A DNA stretch of 64,000 nucleotides, taken from positions 50,718,001-50,782,000 of the forward strand of contig NW_024704742.1 of NCBI RefSeq assembly GCF_018977255.1, read 5' to 3'. This document shows positions 40,601 to 55,600 of the stretch, piece by piece. The translations under genes were made by a program, and so were the position numbers. The stretch's first letter is position 1, and the number at the start of each line of letters is the position of its first letter. Below the pieces are notes generated by a model. It ran no database searches. It was not told the origin of the DNA and saw only the letters and a program-made list of their open reading frames with translations. Source of the DNA: Callorhinchus milii. Its lineage: Eukaryota.

Positions 40601-43600
40601 GCACTTGGAATTATGACTATTTTCTGTAACTCCTATTCATAAACAGCAGATTAAAAACTGCCTTTCAGGATGACCGCAATGGGCTTGTGTTCTGCATTGC
40701 GAATGACAGGAACTCCTCAATCATCTCAAAGTCATGTTATTATTTCCCTAGTATTTCTAGGTTTCATATCAACTCCATACGCTCCAAACTCCAGCAGTAT
40801 CCTATCCAGATATGGATAAGATCTGTGATGACGCAAGTGGTTCTCAGTTGAATATATCTGGGACCTCGAAACAAACCACAACTGGATTCTTGATCCTCAA
40901 AGCTTAACTAGTGCGCATAATTCTACAAATTGTATTGAAAACATATCATTCAAGGTATTTCATCTTATTGAAAATTATTCCTATTCAGCTTGAATTGGCA
41001 AAAACCACAGGCTCTAAATAGCTACTTCTTCAATGTTCCCCTTTTGACCCATTGCAGCAGTGTCATTGTGTTACTTATGTCACATTTACTCTTGTCTCAT
41101 TAACTGGGGAGACAAAGTCAACACCAACATTTATCAATATAAAAATTTAGGTTTAATTTAGCAAGCATGAATGCACCAATGGAGTGTCCACTGCAATAAC
41201 TCTTGCCTCAGAAATCTATAAAGGCACAATTCATTCCTGCAACATTGGCAGGTAAATATCACATTGATTTAGTTTCAATGACTTATTGTGTTTTCTTAGA
41301 TGTCTTCACATACGCTACAGCTATAATTTAAGTAGTTTGTCATTATGTTTGGAAGATTTCAAAAGAATCATATTACTAGGGAAGAAAATGTGTGTGCACA
41401 TACTCTATCATTAACTAAAATTTGCGCTTACATCACCCTGGACTCCAACTAAAGTCTCCTCACCTGGTTCTGATCTGATTAACCTCACTGCCCTCGCTCT
41501 TAAACTCGCTGAAATAGTGCACAATCTTGGCATCTGGTTTAATTACCCGTTCTCCTTTCTTCCTGAGAAGGCTAATCAATGCGACNAAAAACATTTTGAA
41601 AAAAAAGTGAAATAATAAGACTACCGATCAGCCTCACAGTAAAAAGGAAACCTATTCATGAATATAAAGTGAAAGAATTGAGTGGGAAGTGGATAAAAAA
41701 AAAATGTATGCCAGTTTAAAAAAGCAGTTTCTGCATACTTTACCAACGACTTTCATCCTTTGCTTGGATTCAAGCATTGGAACATACAGAGATGGAGTGG
41801 AAATAAACAGTGGCGTATACAATGAATGCCCAATAATGATCTCACTGTAAATCTTCTAGCAGGAATAGGCCAGCATGAATGAAAAAAATGTTTCATTTAC
41901 AATGCTAAGCCTTTCTGTTTTTGTTTTACAGTTTTTTCAAAAAAAAATGGCTCGTGTAACTCAGATCCAAATACTATATCTGGTTGCAGGAGCACTTTTA
42001 ATTTGCAGCAGTTTCTCCTTGCTGTCAGTTATTTTGAAGGTGATCGCTTGGGGAAGGTTTAACAGCAATAACCAATTTCAGCTCATTTACAACCTTGGGC
42101 TAATTTCCTTACTCCACATGCCTGATAATAATCCCTCAAGAAAAAAATATAAATAAACAAATAATTTGGTCACTCAATCCACAACTGTCCATTCCTGTGC
42201 GCAATTGGCTGCTGCGTTTCATCCACAAGTATGCAGTCTATTCACTTTACAGATATTCTGTGAAGCGCTTTGAAAAGCACTATAACAAATGCAAGAATTA
42301 TTTATTATATTTATTACTGTACACTAAAGAATAGTGAAAGAAAGAAATATTTTTGGGGACTTGGGTGAACTTCTAATTCAAAAACATTTCACACACAATT
42401 TGCTTTAGCTCATACCTATGCATAAATAAAATGTATCTGAATAAACATATCTTACAGACCAAACAAATTTGTTCTTTTCTATCGCTAAGAAGATTTCAAA
42501 GTCTCTAGTATAGATGGTTTTGACATTTTTGAACAAAACCCCAGTTATAGATCTCACACTGAGAATTCAAAAGGACATTTTACAATAACTGAATGACTGA
42601 CCTTTGCTTAATCAAAGCATGTACAAAATATCACACATCACATCTACTGGGCTGTCTACTAGAAGCTGTCTGCTGCAAATGCAAACAAAGGGACTCCTTT
42701 TAAACCTTTTCGTGGACATTTTAGAGATTGTACAAGTTTGCAAAGTCAGATATTTCCTTGGAGTTCAACAATCTGTGCGTTAAAAAGAAATCGGAACAGT
42801 TCTGGTATTATCAAATCAAGGGAAAGTTAACAGAAGGTCCAGCATCTAGATTCTGAAAATACTAGGTTTAAATAAGAAAACCTCTCTCAAAGGAACAACA
42901 TTTTCTGCTTTGAAGCAAAATAAAATACAAAATGCATTTATTCTCAATGAAGTTCCTATCAATCTTCTCCCCAGAGGTCCTCCTAATGATATTGACAATC
43001 AATCTCCAGCACAAAATATCTGGGTACAAGCATTGGATTTCAAGCCAACCCATATCACCCCTGTCCCAACACTAAAAAATTGTAATATTGTCAGAGAAAT
43101 GTTTTCGCAATGTTCCTTTTTCTCTTCTCACATTAAGCTAAAGGCTTGTGTCACAAAGGTGGCTGTGACAAAGGCAATCAGCTCTCAGGTATTTAGCAGT
43201 GTTCTTCTGCAAACAGCTAAGTTAACTTGCTCTTGAATATCCCTCACCGCAAAACTTCATACATCTCAAACACTGGAAATTTGCTCTTTTTAGAGTGAAT
43301 GCAAAAGACCGCATTAAGTTTGTACTATTTTGTGCATAAACTGTAAAATGTAGACTAAAATTCATGTGTAAGCAAAAACTACGCAACTGATTCAAATTCC
43401 GGTTTCTTTTTAAAAAAAATAAAGCTCTGTAATGTCACAAGGGCTTTTATTTTGATAAACTAGCCCCAATCAAATATAGGAGCCAGGAATGAACACTGGC
43501 TCATTTCTATGGGGTGTTGCAATCAAACATATATTATATTAATTAATTATATATTGATTGATTAATTAATTGAATTCCCCTTTAAAATGGTCCTTTGTGG

Positions 43601-46600
43601 GACATTGCAGTGTGGAAATTGGTGGCTGAAGTCACCCATAAAATACAGTTACTACACTTTACAGTGAATGCTAGGAAGCGCTTTGAGACAACCTCCTGAT
43701 GTGAAAGGTACTATATGAAATGTAAAGATTAGTAATATTTATCAAAGCATTTTAAAAAGATTTTTTAGTATTGGAACATGAAATCCCATTCTGTAGATTC
43801 CAGAATATAAGATTACATGATAAATCAACATCCATTTGTGCACGCCATGCAGCAAGTTCTATCCTCAGGATTATGTACATTTTGCGACTAGATCCAAGTA
43901 AATAACTAACAACATTCTTGACTGCAAATAAAGTCTCCAACTAAACAACAACAGTTGGTTACAGCTATCCAATTACTATCATTATCTCAATATTAAGACC
44001 CATTGGATAAGCTATTTTATTTTAAGCCATATTGTTCAAAACTGGAGTAAAACTTGGGGAAAAATACCTTCCTTAGTATTCTAACTAAGGACATGTGTGA
44101 TTTATGTCATTTGCCCGCACTATCTAGGGATATAAATTCTACAAGCTATTCAGCCAATCATAGGTTTCTCTACATAGCTATTCTGACATGCATACAACGT
44201 CAAAGGAATGTGATTTGATACTCCAGCTGAAAAAAAACATTAGCTTGGGTATGCAAAATAACTACAATCAAACAAACCTGGAATTTAAGCTAAACAAAGC
44301 TGCTCTAAAATAACATAAAAGGTCAATGTATGAAACCCGAACAGTGGCCCTCTGCGTTCAGAACAATGACAAAATTAAATGCATCTACAAATAGGTGAGA
44401 TGTGCTAAATATAAAATACTTTTCTCTGCTAATATATACACAAGTGATAACCCTCTTCTCCATGTTACAGATGAAAGAAACAAGAACTTTGAAACCACAA
44501 AAAACATTTAAAAAGGGACAGTTCGTATCCTCCTGGCAGTTTATGTACAAGCCAAATTCTAAGGACAGCCTGCAATGAAACTGTGCATTTGGATGAACTT
44601 TCGTTGGGGTTATCACTTTAATGTACCACCACAGGGATTTCAGCAAGTTAAACTTTCTCATGGTAACTAGGGATAGGCAACAAATATTGTCAGAAAGTCT
44701 GTGGCACCCACAAATAATCTTTTATTTCATTTACTGCCTGTCAAATATCTCAAAGTGCTGTTAGGCTGGTTCGGCTGTAGGACTTGCACCTGAGTCAGAA
44801 GATCGTGCGTTTAAGCCCGATGCTGGGACTGTGAACTCACATAGTATAGGCTGACACTCCAGTGCAATACTGCATTCTTGGGAGGTCCCATTCCATGGAC
44901 GAGAAATTAAACTAAGGCCCCTTCTGCCTGTTCTGGTGAACGTAAAGATCCCACGCCACTATTCAAAAAGAGTTTCTTGAGTCCTAGCCAACAACTCCAG
45001 ATAAAAATTGGTCATTCATTACTGTGTGCAAACTGGCTACCCTAATTCATTGACACAGAGCACATAGAATAAAATAGGTTTCCTGCTCCACATTTCCATA
45101 ATGTCAGGGCTGTACTTTTGGTCCCTGTGGTACAAAGGCAGTATCACAGTGAAGTGGGTTTTTCTTTATCTTTAAAGTGTACGACAGGTTAAAAAAAAAC
45201 ACAAAACCTACAAAATACTTATCGCAAAAGCTAAAGACATAGCTAAATCCAGGATAGAAAGTTTTTTTCATTGAGTAACACTTGTATAACTTTTTGCTAA
45301 TCTTCTGCTGCTCAAATTTTAGCATGTTTTAATCCATGAAAGAATAATGTTTTGGTTTGGTCAACCGGATGTCTGACAATGCAGAAACTCATCGTTATGC
45401 TTGAGGATCCAAACCAGACTGAGAATTCGATGCAAGCCACCTAAGAATGAAAATTCCCTCGTCTAGAATGGAAAATTCTTACTGTGAGGGATTTGCACCT
45501 GATAAGATTGAAAAAAAACAATCACCAACAATTGTCTTGGAGCCAGAAGAGATATTAATAAGTGCAAAGAGCGGATAGAGCTCGTCACTACAATAGGTAG
45601 AGGGATAATTAAACAAGGTATAAGGTGTAACATAAATTAGTTTTTCCCTACTCAGCACTCATAATTTGAACTGAAAACCTTTGATTCATGCTGAAATGGC
45701 CCATTGATAGCAAAATAGTCCTGAAACATCTAAATGAAAAGATTGATGAATATTAATATTAAAGAATACATTAAAGAAGGACTATTCCAGGGTAATCAAA
45801 AGAAAACTAAAATCAGATTTCAAAACAGGAACCACACTCAATTTACCCAAACACCTACTTTAATGGCATATCGTTAATGATAGCTCTCTGACTCACCTCA
45901 TGTTTTCCAAGGCAATACCTGTAAAACAAAACAGTGAACTCTACAGTGAAGATTTGAAGAATATTACAAATTATATTATAAACCACTTTTTATCCTTGGT
46001 TTAAATATTTCAAACAACTCTAAAAAATAAATACTATCCTAGACACTAGAGCAAAGAGCTATGGTGGAGCTAAGAGTTATGGGGTTAAAACATTGTTTAG
46101 CTTATCAAAAGAAAATCAAATTACAGTTTTGCTATCAAGCTAAGTTATTAGAAAGATCTATAGGAAAACAAAACTATGCATAAGGGGTAAGAATTAAAGC
46201 ATTATCCCTCATCCTTCCTTGAATTATTGTTTGTGATTATAATCACAAACAATAACCCATGTTTAGTGATACACTATTATACTTTTGCGGTGCGATTACA
46301 ACGTGCCTGGAGGCTACATTACATTGTCAGCTAGTTTTGAGTAACGAGGTCTAGGATATTTATACTTGGAATATTTAAAACTTTGAAAGGAAAGTACTTC
46401 CAGCAGTGTTATTATCACTACCAGTACATTTGAAAAATTCATCTGCGGTGTAATACTTTACCACATTGGTTAAAGCAAAATGTAACCTAAGTCCGGGGCA
46501 ATGAAAGCCATTAAAAAAAAATTATATACACACTCATTGCAAAATAAAACATTTGTGAAAAATGTTTTATATATAAAGTAACGAGTCTTTAATGTAAAAT

Positions 46601-49600
46601 GACTTTGTTTTACACTAGTTTTAAAAATAAACTGGAGAAATATTTAAATGTTAATCTAAGCATAACAGTAGCACTACATACGTGGGAATAGGCACCATAC
46701 AGGGTGGGCAAGGTATCGCAGTTCGAATGAAAGCTGGTTCAGAACGTTGCTCCCATGGACCTGAAGGCTGGTGCTAAAAAAAAATTACTAAATTAAGTGT
46801 AGAATATAAAACATTTCACAATTTAAAATCTGAACTTTCAAAATCTTCTAGCAAAACATTTTGCAAGTTAAGTAAATCCAAGAATTTTAAAGGAACCTCT
46901 TCTGCTATGCGTTTTACAAACAATGAAAGTGGTGACAACCAATTTGAAAATCACAAACACATTCTTTCAAACAAATTCACATCTCATAGTAAAACTATAT
47001 TTACTGCTTCCCATTGCTAAAAATGACCTAGGATTACGAACAACTATTAATAATAATAATAATCCTTGCATTTGATATAGCGCTTTTCACGTCAGGAGGA
47101 CGTCCCAAAGCGCTTCACAGAACACACTGTAAAGTGAATTGACTGTATATTTGTGGGCGAACGCGGCAGCCAATTGCGCACAGCAATGTCCCACAAACAG
47201 TCGTAGATTGAAAATGACCAATTTATTATTGTTTTTGGTTTTGGAGGGATTATTATTAGGCTCTGTGTGGAGTAAGGAAACTTGCCCAAGGTTTCGCTCT
47301 GCCTGGAATTGAACTCAGGTCTCTCGCTTGCAAAGCGATTGCTCTAACCACTGAGCTACAGGACTCCACACTCCTGAAAGCCTAAAACTTTCTGATGTAG
47401 AAAGTAGTGAGTAATACATTCTCTTTTCTATACAAGTTATTACTCAAATGCCTCCTTTAATGGTTCTTAAACATAGCTTTTTTTCACATAAACATTTTCT
47501 TTCCATTTCAGATAAGTTTGCGTTACATGAGTTAGGTGTGAGAAAGAGAGTAATATGTATTAAACAACAACAAATTACATTTGCATAGCGCCTTTCACGG
47601 CAAGAGGATGTCCCTTGACAAAGCAGATTTGGGCTGGTAGCTGATAGAATATATGAGGGAAATGTGAATAGAGGGGTATGGGAGAAGGGACTAAGTGAGG
47701 TCAAGACCCATGTGTGGAGTCCTGTAGCTCAGTGGTTAGAGCACTCGCTTTGCAAGCGAGAGACCTGAGTTCAATTCCAGGCAGGTCAGGGCGAAACCTT
47801 GGGCAAGTTTCCTTACTCCACACAGAGCCTAATAATATTCCCTCCAAAAAACAAAACAATAATAAATTGGTCATTTTCAATCCATGACTGTTTGTGGGAC
47901 ACTGCTGTGCGCAATTGGCTGCCGCGTTCGCCCACAAATATACAGTCAATTCACTTTACAGCATATTCTGTGAAGCGCTTTGGGACATCTAGAAGACGTG
48001 AAAAGAACTATATCAAATGCAAGGATTATTATTATTATTATGTGGAGTATAAACACCAAAAGGACTAGCTGGGTTTCAGTGCAGTACAATCCATGTAATT
48101 CTATGCAACACTGGCATAGGACAAGACCTGATTGGAACAGACAGTCCATAAGACTTTTGCAAGAAGTAACCAGTTAACAGGACTGATCTTTGTAAACTTT
48201 TGATCTTACAGATGCCATTTTCCTGGAAGTATGGAAAAGGACAAGTTTAAGGTTTGGGTGGAAGTACAAGATGATATTAAATATTACTAGTTTTGTTTCT
48301 AACTTGAACTTTATACAAATAGATTGCTTCTAATTGAATTAAGCAAACCAATAATGGAATAAATATTTGTTCAACATGTTGAACAGTTAGTCATGACCTA
48401 CAACCACAATGACCAAATGAGAAACTATTTGGAATTGAAAAGCTATTAGCTCCCAAAGTTGTTCCAGAAGAAAATTTACATTGCACTGTTCTGCCAGACA
48501 CATTGTTTTCCAGAGTCCAAATTAAAAGACACTGATAATGACTGAACAGCAAGGACATGTTATACTACACATGGAGGGATTCTTTTACAAACTAATCTCA
48601 GCTTTCCCTCAGAGTTACTACAAAAAATATGCATTAATATACCCAGTTTGACTGTGTATAAAATCCTTACTGAATTTGCTTGCTTGACTAGTACTTCATC
48701 ATGACAAAGAGCAGGACAAAAGTGGACACACTTCTTCAATGTTTTCTGGCATGATTGCCTGCATGGAGGGCAAGGGCCAAAATGGCATCGATGTTTCTCT
48801 CTATTTGGATGATGGCACGTGGATGGATTTCTAGAAAAAAAAAGAAAATTGCAATTCGCTCAAGTTAAAATGGATTTGCCCATGTCTAGTATGTATATAG
48901 TTCAGCTGCAACTTACAGAAAGGAGCTTCACTTGGTGTCCTGGCTAACAATCTGAGAATAAATTGGTCATTCCCTTCATGGTTGTGCACAAAATTGACTA
49001 CTTTGTTCACCAACAAAATACACAGCCACTAACATTCTACAGAAATTCCTGTGAAGCGCTTTAAAACATTGTAATGTGACAAGTCGCTTTCACAAAAATG
49101 AGGACTGTTATATTATGATGTGTGTATACATGAAAAATATAGATTTCGAGCAGTTAGTACAAAAAGTTACAAGAACTTTGTATTCTTAACTTAAGTATAT
49201 AATGCTGATTCACAGAGTTTGAATTTAAGATCAAATGAGGAAAAGAAAATGAAATAAAGCTGATTATCAGGACAAAATAAAGCTAAAAAATTAGACTAAT
49301 GAGTAGTAATACTACTAAAGGCCAATTAACTAAAACCCACCAGAAATAACACAAAAGGATTATAAAGTAACTTATCCATTTTTACCATTTTTTTTTAGTG
49401 ATGTCAACCACAAAACAATTTTTAATCCAAAGTAAACTTTTAAAAACTGAATTTGGCAATGGTTATGTAATAGGGAGGGCGAGGGCTGGTCAAGCAGATT
49501 CAAGGAAGGTGAAGAATGAATGCATGAGCAACCACCTGCATTTATATAGTGCCCTTCATGTAGGATAACAAAGTACTTCACATAGACAGAATCAGATTCT

Positions 49601-52600
49601 GAGCAACAGAGGAGAAGGGAGATGGGTGTAAGAAGGATGACTGTTGGCACTGTTGCAGAGGTGTTTTTTAAGAGGGGTTTTAAAAACAGATTGACAAGGG
49701 TAGCGATTGTAGGCTAGAAGGAGGGTGTTCCTGAAGTCAGATAGCTCATTTGTATTTGGTTGAAAAGAGNAAAAAGTTTGCAATCAGAATTTACACATGC
49801 ATGGAAAATATCTGGAGGTTACATAGCCAAAGAAACATTTTTTGTTGCAATATTATTTCGTAATTACAAAAAGGGTCATAAGATTATCATAAGCTCTTCT
49901 CTGATCATTACAATAAAATGATTAAACTGACCTGCAGTGCTCTTTACATTTCGGTGGTTTGGTCGTACGTTCTCTGCCACATGGTACAGTCAGAAGAGTT
50001 TTACTGCAATTGCATTTCACTTTCACTGTCTCTGGACATGGATAGCAACTGCCTAGTAAGTAGAGAGATAAATAAATCTTCTACGCAAGCTGTTAATTTT
50101 TTTTTACCACAGTCATATTTAGGGATGTTTTTTTTAAACCAATGAAGCAAGCGAGTTTATACCAGCATCATTAAACCTTGTAAAACTCTGTTGGAACTTT
50201 CCTTTTAGAGTCAGATAGAATCATGGACTCAAATGTATTTACTCCAATGTGTTTCGCACCACTGGACCTGTTACGCTAGAAGTAGATTTGTTTTCTCTCT
50301 TTAATCACAATACTTTCTTACAGCTTTAACAATGTTATTTAAACACAAATTTTGAAGTCAACAAAAACACACTCAAATGTGGTTCGTCTGCTAAACCTTC
50401 TGCAACATCAAAATACAGATGATATCAAGATGAAAGTCCATCTGTTGGCTGCACAGAACCTATGTTAAATGAACCAGGGCAATCTTAAGCTAATTTTCGG
50501 AAGGCGTGGGCTCATACCATAAAACTGCCTTGAATTCAGCTTTATTCTGTGGTGCTAACCTAACCTGGAAGTGCCTGTTTCTGACAAAGCCTCCAAAATA
50601 TGGAAAATCTTTTTATTTTAAAAAAAGACACAACAGATCTTCATACACTCCATTTCTCTAGAGTACAAAAACTTCAACAATATTTGACTGCACTTATTTT
50701 CAATTTTAGACACAAGTGCAAGCCTTTCCCACTAGCTGCCCTGTCCCAACTTGATTTACACAAGCATGGGTGGGAGGGGGAGAGAATTTTTTTTAAAACA
50801 CTCACTAGCATTCCGACTACTGCCAAGTCTATAAGTAGCTTTTAAATAAGGCACTGCAAGATAGGTTTGATTTGTTGAGTTCCAAATTCAATTAAAATAA
50901 TGCAACTAAGATGTTGAAGGGTGGCAATAGACATTTTAAAGCACATTTCCCTCCCCTAGTATATTTTCGGGGAAGGGAAAGGAGTAATAATATATAAGAA
51001 TCCATACAGTTGATATAGTGTCTTTCACATTGTTAAGTCTCAAAGCACTTCACAAGATTTTACTGTGAAGTGTAATTACTGTAGGCAAACATGGCAGCTA
51101 ATTTGGGCACAATATTTCATGAAGCGAGTAACCAATTTTATTTGGTGGTTTATTGGACAGGATACTCCCTTGTCTTTTCACTACCTATCGAATAGTGCCC
51201 TCGGATCTTTAACATCCACCTGAACAGGCAGATGTTACCTTGGTTTAATGCCTCCAGCATTGCAGCAAACTCCTAGCACTACATGGGAGTGTCAGCCGAG
51301 ATCGTGAGGTCCAAGCCCTTAAGTGTGACTTGAATAAAACCAGGCAGCCATGAGGTTCTTTTCAGGTTTTCAGACCTGCTAAGGTAGATCTTCCATAGGC
51401 TGTCTGCAAGTGGGATGGGGGAGGGGGGGAGATGGGGAAAATATATGAATTTATCCACCTCACTTGAGCATTTATTGATTTGTTTCTGCTCCTGAATGTC
51501 ACTGTCGATTAGCACCAAGGAAATTGGAAATAGTTCTGTTATTCAAATAACTTTGAAAAGAAAACTCAATTACAGAATTTGTGTTCAGCATTCAGAAAAC
51601 GAAGTTGCACAACATTTACAGTAGATATCATTTATTCACATTCGATTTACATAAAGGCCATCTACACTAAAGCTGTACAGGGTAAATTTTTCAAATTGAA
51701 TAACCTTTTTCTCGCCTCACAATCAGATTAAGAAAACAAATGGAAGCAAAAGGACACTGCTTCAGAAATCAGTAGGAGAAAAGGTCACCGGAATTAACAT
51801 TACTTTAAGAGATTGAACAAATAGGAATCGCAGGATAATTCCTTTTCGACAAATATAGTGTAGAAGTATGGAATTTAATATAATCATTTTTTTGCTGGAA
51901 TTATCAGGCCAATCCACGAGAAAGTTCATTAAGGTACCAGATCAAATCTAAACAAGCAATTTAGTTTTGTTCTCCTTTCTTTGAAAATTCAAGATTTCTT
52001 CCAAAACAGCACTAGCTGTAATGGAGGAACTACAATCGAAGCAACTGTTTCCAAAAAGTAAAACTGAGGGTTAATGGCATTGTAGTTTAGAACTTTGATT
52101 TGTGAAAGAGTTGGTATGAATGCCAAAGATTCGTAATGTTTGGAACATTCAATCCTAGTCCAGGCATAATATTAAATCTTTCAGTAAAAGATTTTTTTAA
52201 CAAGTTGCATTATCCATCGCCCTAAAGTTAACTAAATGAATTTGAAAAATTTACGGCATCCGTATAAAGAAAAATCATTTCTCACTGTCTCTCAAATGTC
52301 CAACGCTGTATGAATTTTTTAAAAAAATTCTGCTTCTTCATTAATTGAATTTAAAATAATTTATTCTAAAAATGTAGTTACCTCGGTGACAGGCTGACGG
52401 ACACTTGTGGTTTCTACAACCAAGTGTTCGAACACAGCTCAGGTCACATGCAGGGCAGCTCCCAGAACAGCACTAAAAGTAAAGAACAATGAAGGATTAT
52501 TCAGTCTCTGTCCTGAAGCAGAAAATACTTCAAACCTAGTTGAATTAATTCATTTCAACTTCAAAGTAGATATCAATCAACCTTGGTTTTAAACAAAAAA

Positions 52601-55600
52601 TACAAATTGATCTTGAATGCTCCAATTTCTATTCACAGAATTAACTTCAGAACTAATGTGGCACTGTGACTCCATTACAAAAACCTACTACATATTGGTA
52701 CACACTAGAATCCTTGCTATTTTCCCTTTCTGCAAAAGTCAGGAAATTCCAATCATTTAATAGTTGAAGTGAATCTTTATCCCACTTAGTAGATAGATAG
52801 ATAGATCAGTGATTCCCATAACCATTTGCTTATGTACAAACATGTGGTTACTGTCCGATAGGTTGTTCATATATATACATATCCTCAACACATACTTGTG
52901 TGAATTCTGTATAGGAAATATGCAGACGACACAATTGACAGTACCTAGGAAGTCTGCAATTACCTCCTAATAGTCCAGGCACAAACCCTTAGTCAACCAA
53001 CACAATTGTATAGCATTTAAGAGTCCAATTCAGAACAATTATTTTGTTTCTGACCACAAATAGAACCTGATCAATTCCAACGATTATTTTGTGACTTGAC
53101 TGCACAGTAACATTGGATACAGAAAATAAACATCTATACTGGAGAGCACAGGCCAAAACTTTCAAGGTTCTAAAAAATATAAGTTGATGATGATAATATA
53201 AGTTGACAGATGGCAGTTTCCAAAATGTTAGAATGGGTGGATGTAACAGCAATAGGCAGTCATTCTGAAGAATAAAAAGGAAGGAATCACCTTCCTTTGA
53301 TGAGCAGATTTGAAAATGAACACATTTCTAAGGAGATACAGAGAGAAAAGCGTTGGAATCTATGAGAGGCTGAGGAGACAGNAAAAAGGAAGGAGAAAGT
53401 CTGGAAGCATATTTCTTGGGGATAATACAGTATCATTATCAAAGAAGAGTCTAGAGAATGGAGGTTCCAACAGATATGACAGGAATAAAACTTTGTCAGT
53501 CATAACAATACCACTGAATGGGACAGCTTCCTTCACTTCCCTTAACTCCTCAATCCCTCTTGCCACCGCCCCAATCCCACCTCCGTCTCCTACCTCCCCA
53601 GGAAAAAAATCTCCCACCCCCTCCCTCTCCGCTGCCTTGGGAGTCATCTGAACTACTCCCCCACTTGGCTTCCTCCCGCAATGACCTATCCTCCTTGGTC
53701 ACTCTCCTCCACAATTCCCTCTCCACCACTCTCGATGCCCTTGCTCCCCTCATTTCCCCAAACGTCTCCTACTCACGAAAGTCAACCTGGTACAGCAGCC
53801 ACCTCCGCTCCCTTAAGGCACCGCTGACTGCACTTTGCTCAAATCCAACTTAACAGTCCATAGGCAGATCTGACTGGACCTTAACAAGTCCTACCACTCC
53901 GCCCTCACCTCTTCTAAAGCATTGTTCTACTCCAAGACAATCTTGGAGGCCAAGAACAACCCTAGACTCTTCTTCTCCATCACCACACCACTCCTCTGCC
54001 CACTCTCTCACACCTGGCCCTCTCATGCCTCGCCCATCCTCTCCTCTAACGCCAACTGTGAGGTGATGCTAAGCCAAAGTTGAGAGGATACCCTCAGCTG
54101 CCTCTGCCCTTCCATCAACTGCGCCCTCCCCACCTCCACCTCACACCCCGTCCCCTACCCATCCCTCCCTTCACACCTTCAAACCTGACTCCCACTCCTC
54201 TCTCATCACCACTATAACCCATATGAAACCGACCACCAGCTCCCTCGACCCCAGCCCTCTCCTTATCTCCCAGCTCCACCTCATTGCCCTCTACTCAGAT
54301 ATCATAAACCTCCCCCTGTTCAATGACACTGCTTTAAAAACGGTCATCATTACTCTATCCTTAAAAAACCCTCCTTGGCTCCATCCCTGCTCTCCAACCA
54401 CCGCCCTATCTCCAATCTCCCTTTCCTTTCCAAGGACCTGCAACAAGTCATTGCTTTCCAGCTTTGATCTTTCCTCTCCCACCACTGGCTTTACGAACCC
54501 CTCCAATCAGGTTTCTGTGCCGCCCACAGCACAGAAACAGATTTGGTCAAAGTGGCAAATAACATTCTGTCCATCTGCCACCAAGGCTCGCTCTGCTTCC
54601 TCGTCCTCCTTGATCTCTCTGCTGCCTTCGATACTATTGATTACTCTATCCTCATCCACCGCCTCTCCTCTCACCTCAACCTTCACGGCTCTGTCCTTGA
54701 CTGGTTCAGATCGTACCTCTCACACAGTATCCACTTCATCTCCACAAACGGTTTCTCCTCCAGCCCCTGCACTGTCTCGTGCGGTGTTCATCAGGGCTCT
54801 GTCCTGGGTCCCCTCCTCTTCAATATCTAAATGCTCCCTCTTGATGACATCATCCGCAAACATGGGGTCAACTTCCATATGTATGCGGATACCACCAACT
54901 GTACCTCTCTGCCTCCACCCTGGACTCCAGGACCACTGCTGTGCTGACAGAATGTCTGTTAGACATCAAGTCCTGGATGAGAGTTAACTTTCTTCAGTTG
55001 AACGTCAACAAGACCGAGGCTCTCCTGATTGGTTCCTGGCAGCGTCTCCTCACCTCAGGCGCTGACAGCATCACCATCCATGGTTGCACACTCCACATTG
55101 CTAAACCAGTCCAGAACCTTGGCGTCTTGTTTGACCCTCAACTATTCTTTCTACTCCACATCTGTGCCATGACCCGCTCTGGCTTCCCCCACCTCCGCAA
55201 CATCACCCGGCTCTGCCACCGTCTCACACCGCAAACCCTCAAACTCGCATTAAGCCTTCCCAACTCCTCCCTCCATAGGCTGCAGATCATCCAGAACTGG
55301 TCGTCAACTTCAAAGCCCTCCATGGTCTCGCTCCCCCTTACCTCTGGGACCTCCTAACACCCTATCATCCTGCTCGTTCCCTCAGCTCAGTGGGCTCTGT
55401 CCTGCTTCACATCCCCTACCTCGCCTGCCCCATCATTGGCGGGTGGGCCTTCAGTCACTCTGCCCCCACCCTTTGGAATTTCATCCTGCAGTCCCTCCGC
55501 CTCGCCCCCTCCCTTGCTTCCTTCAAGACCCGTCTCAAGACCCTTCTCTTCAACCGTGCCTTTGATCACCCTCCTTCCCCCCTGCCCTCCACCTTCCCCG

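Noticed and set aside
47717..47790. tRNA-Ala(TGC)-like sequence (also at 31638, 37790 and 47300-47366)
   Set aside because: The acceptor stem is not well formed and each copy continues into a SINE body and tail. These are SINE heads, not tRNA genes.
41586..53382. Single N bases at 41586, 49770 and 53382, each followed by an A-run
   Set aside because: Assembly ambiguities or contig joins rather than biology. Neighbouring junctions should be treated with caution.
54223..54987. 254-aa ORF and other long ORFs at 5889-7186 and 61983-63484
   Set aside because: These are in-frame or off-frame pieces of frameshifted L2 RT copies, not host genes.
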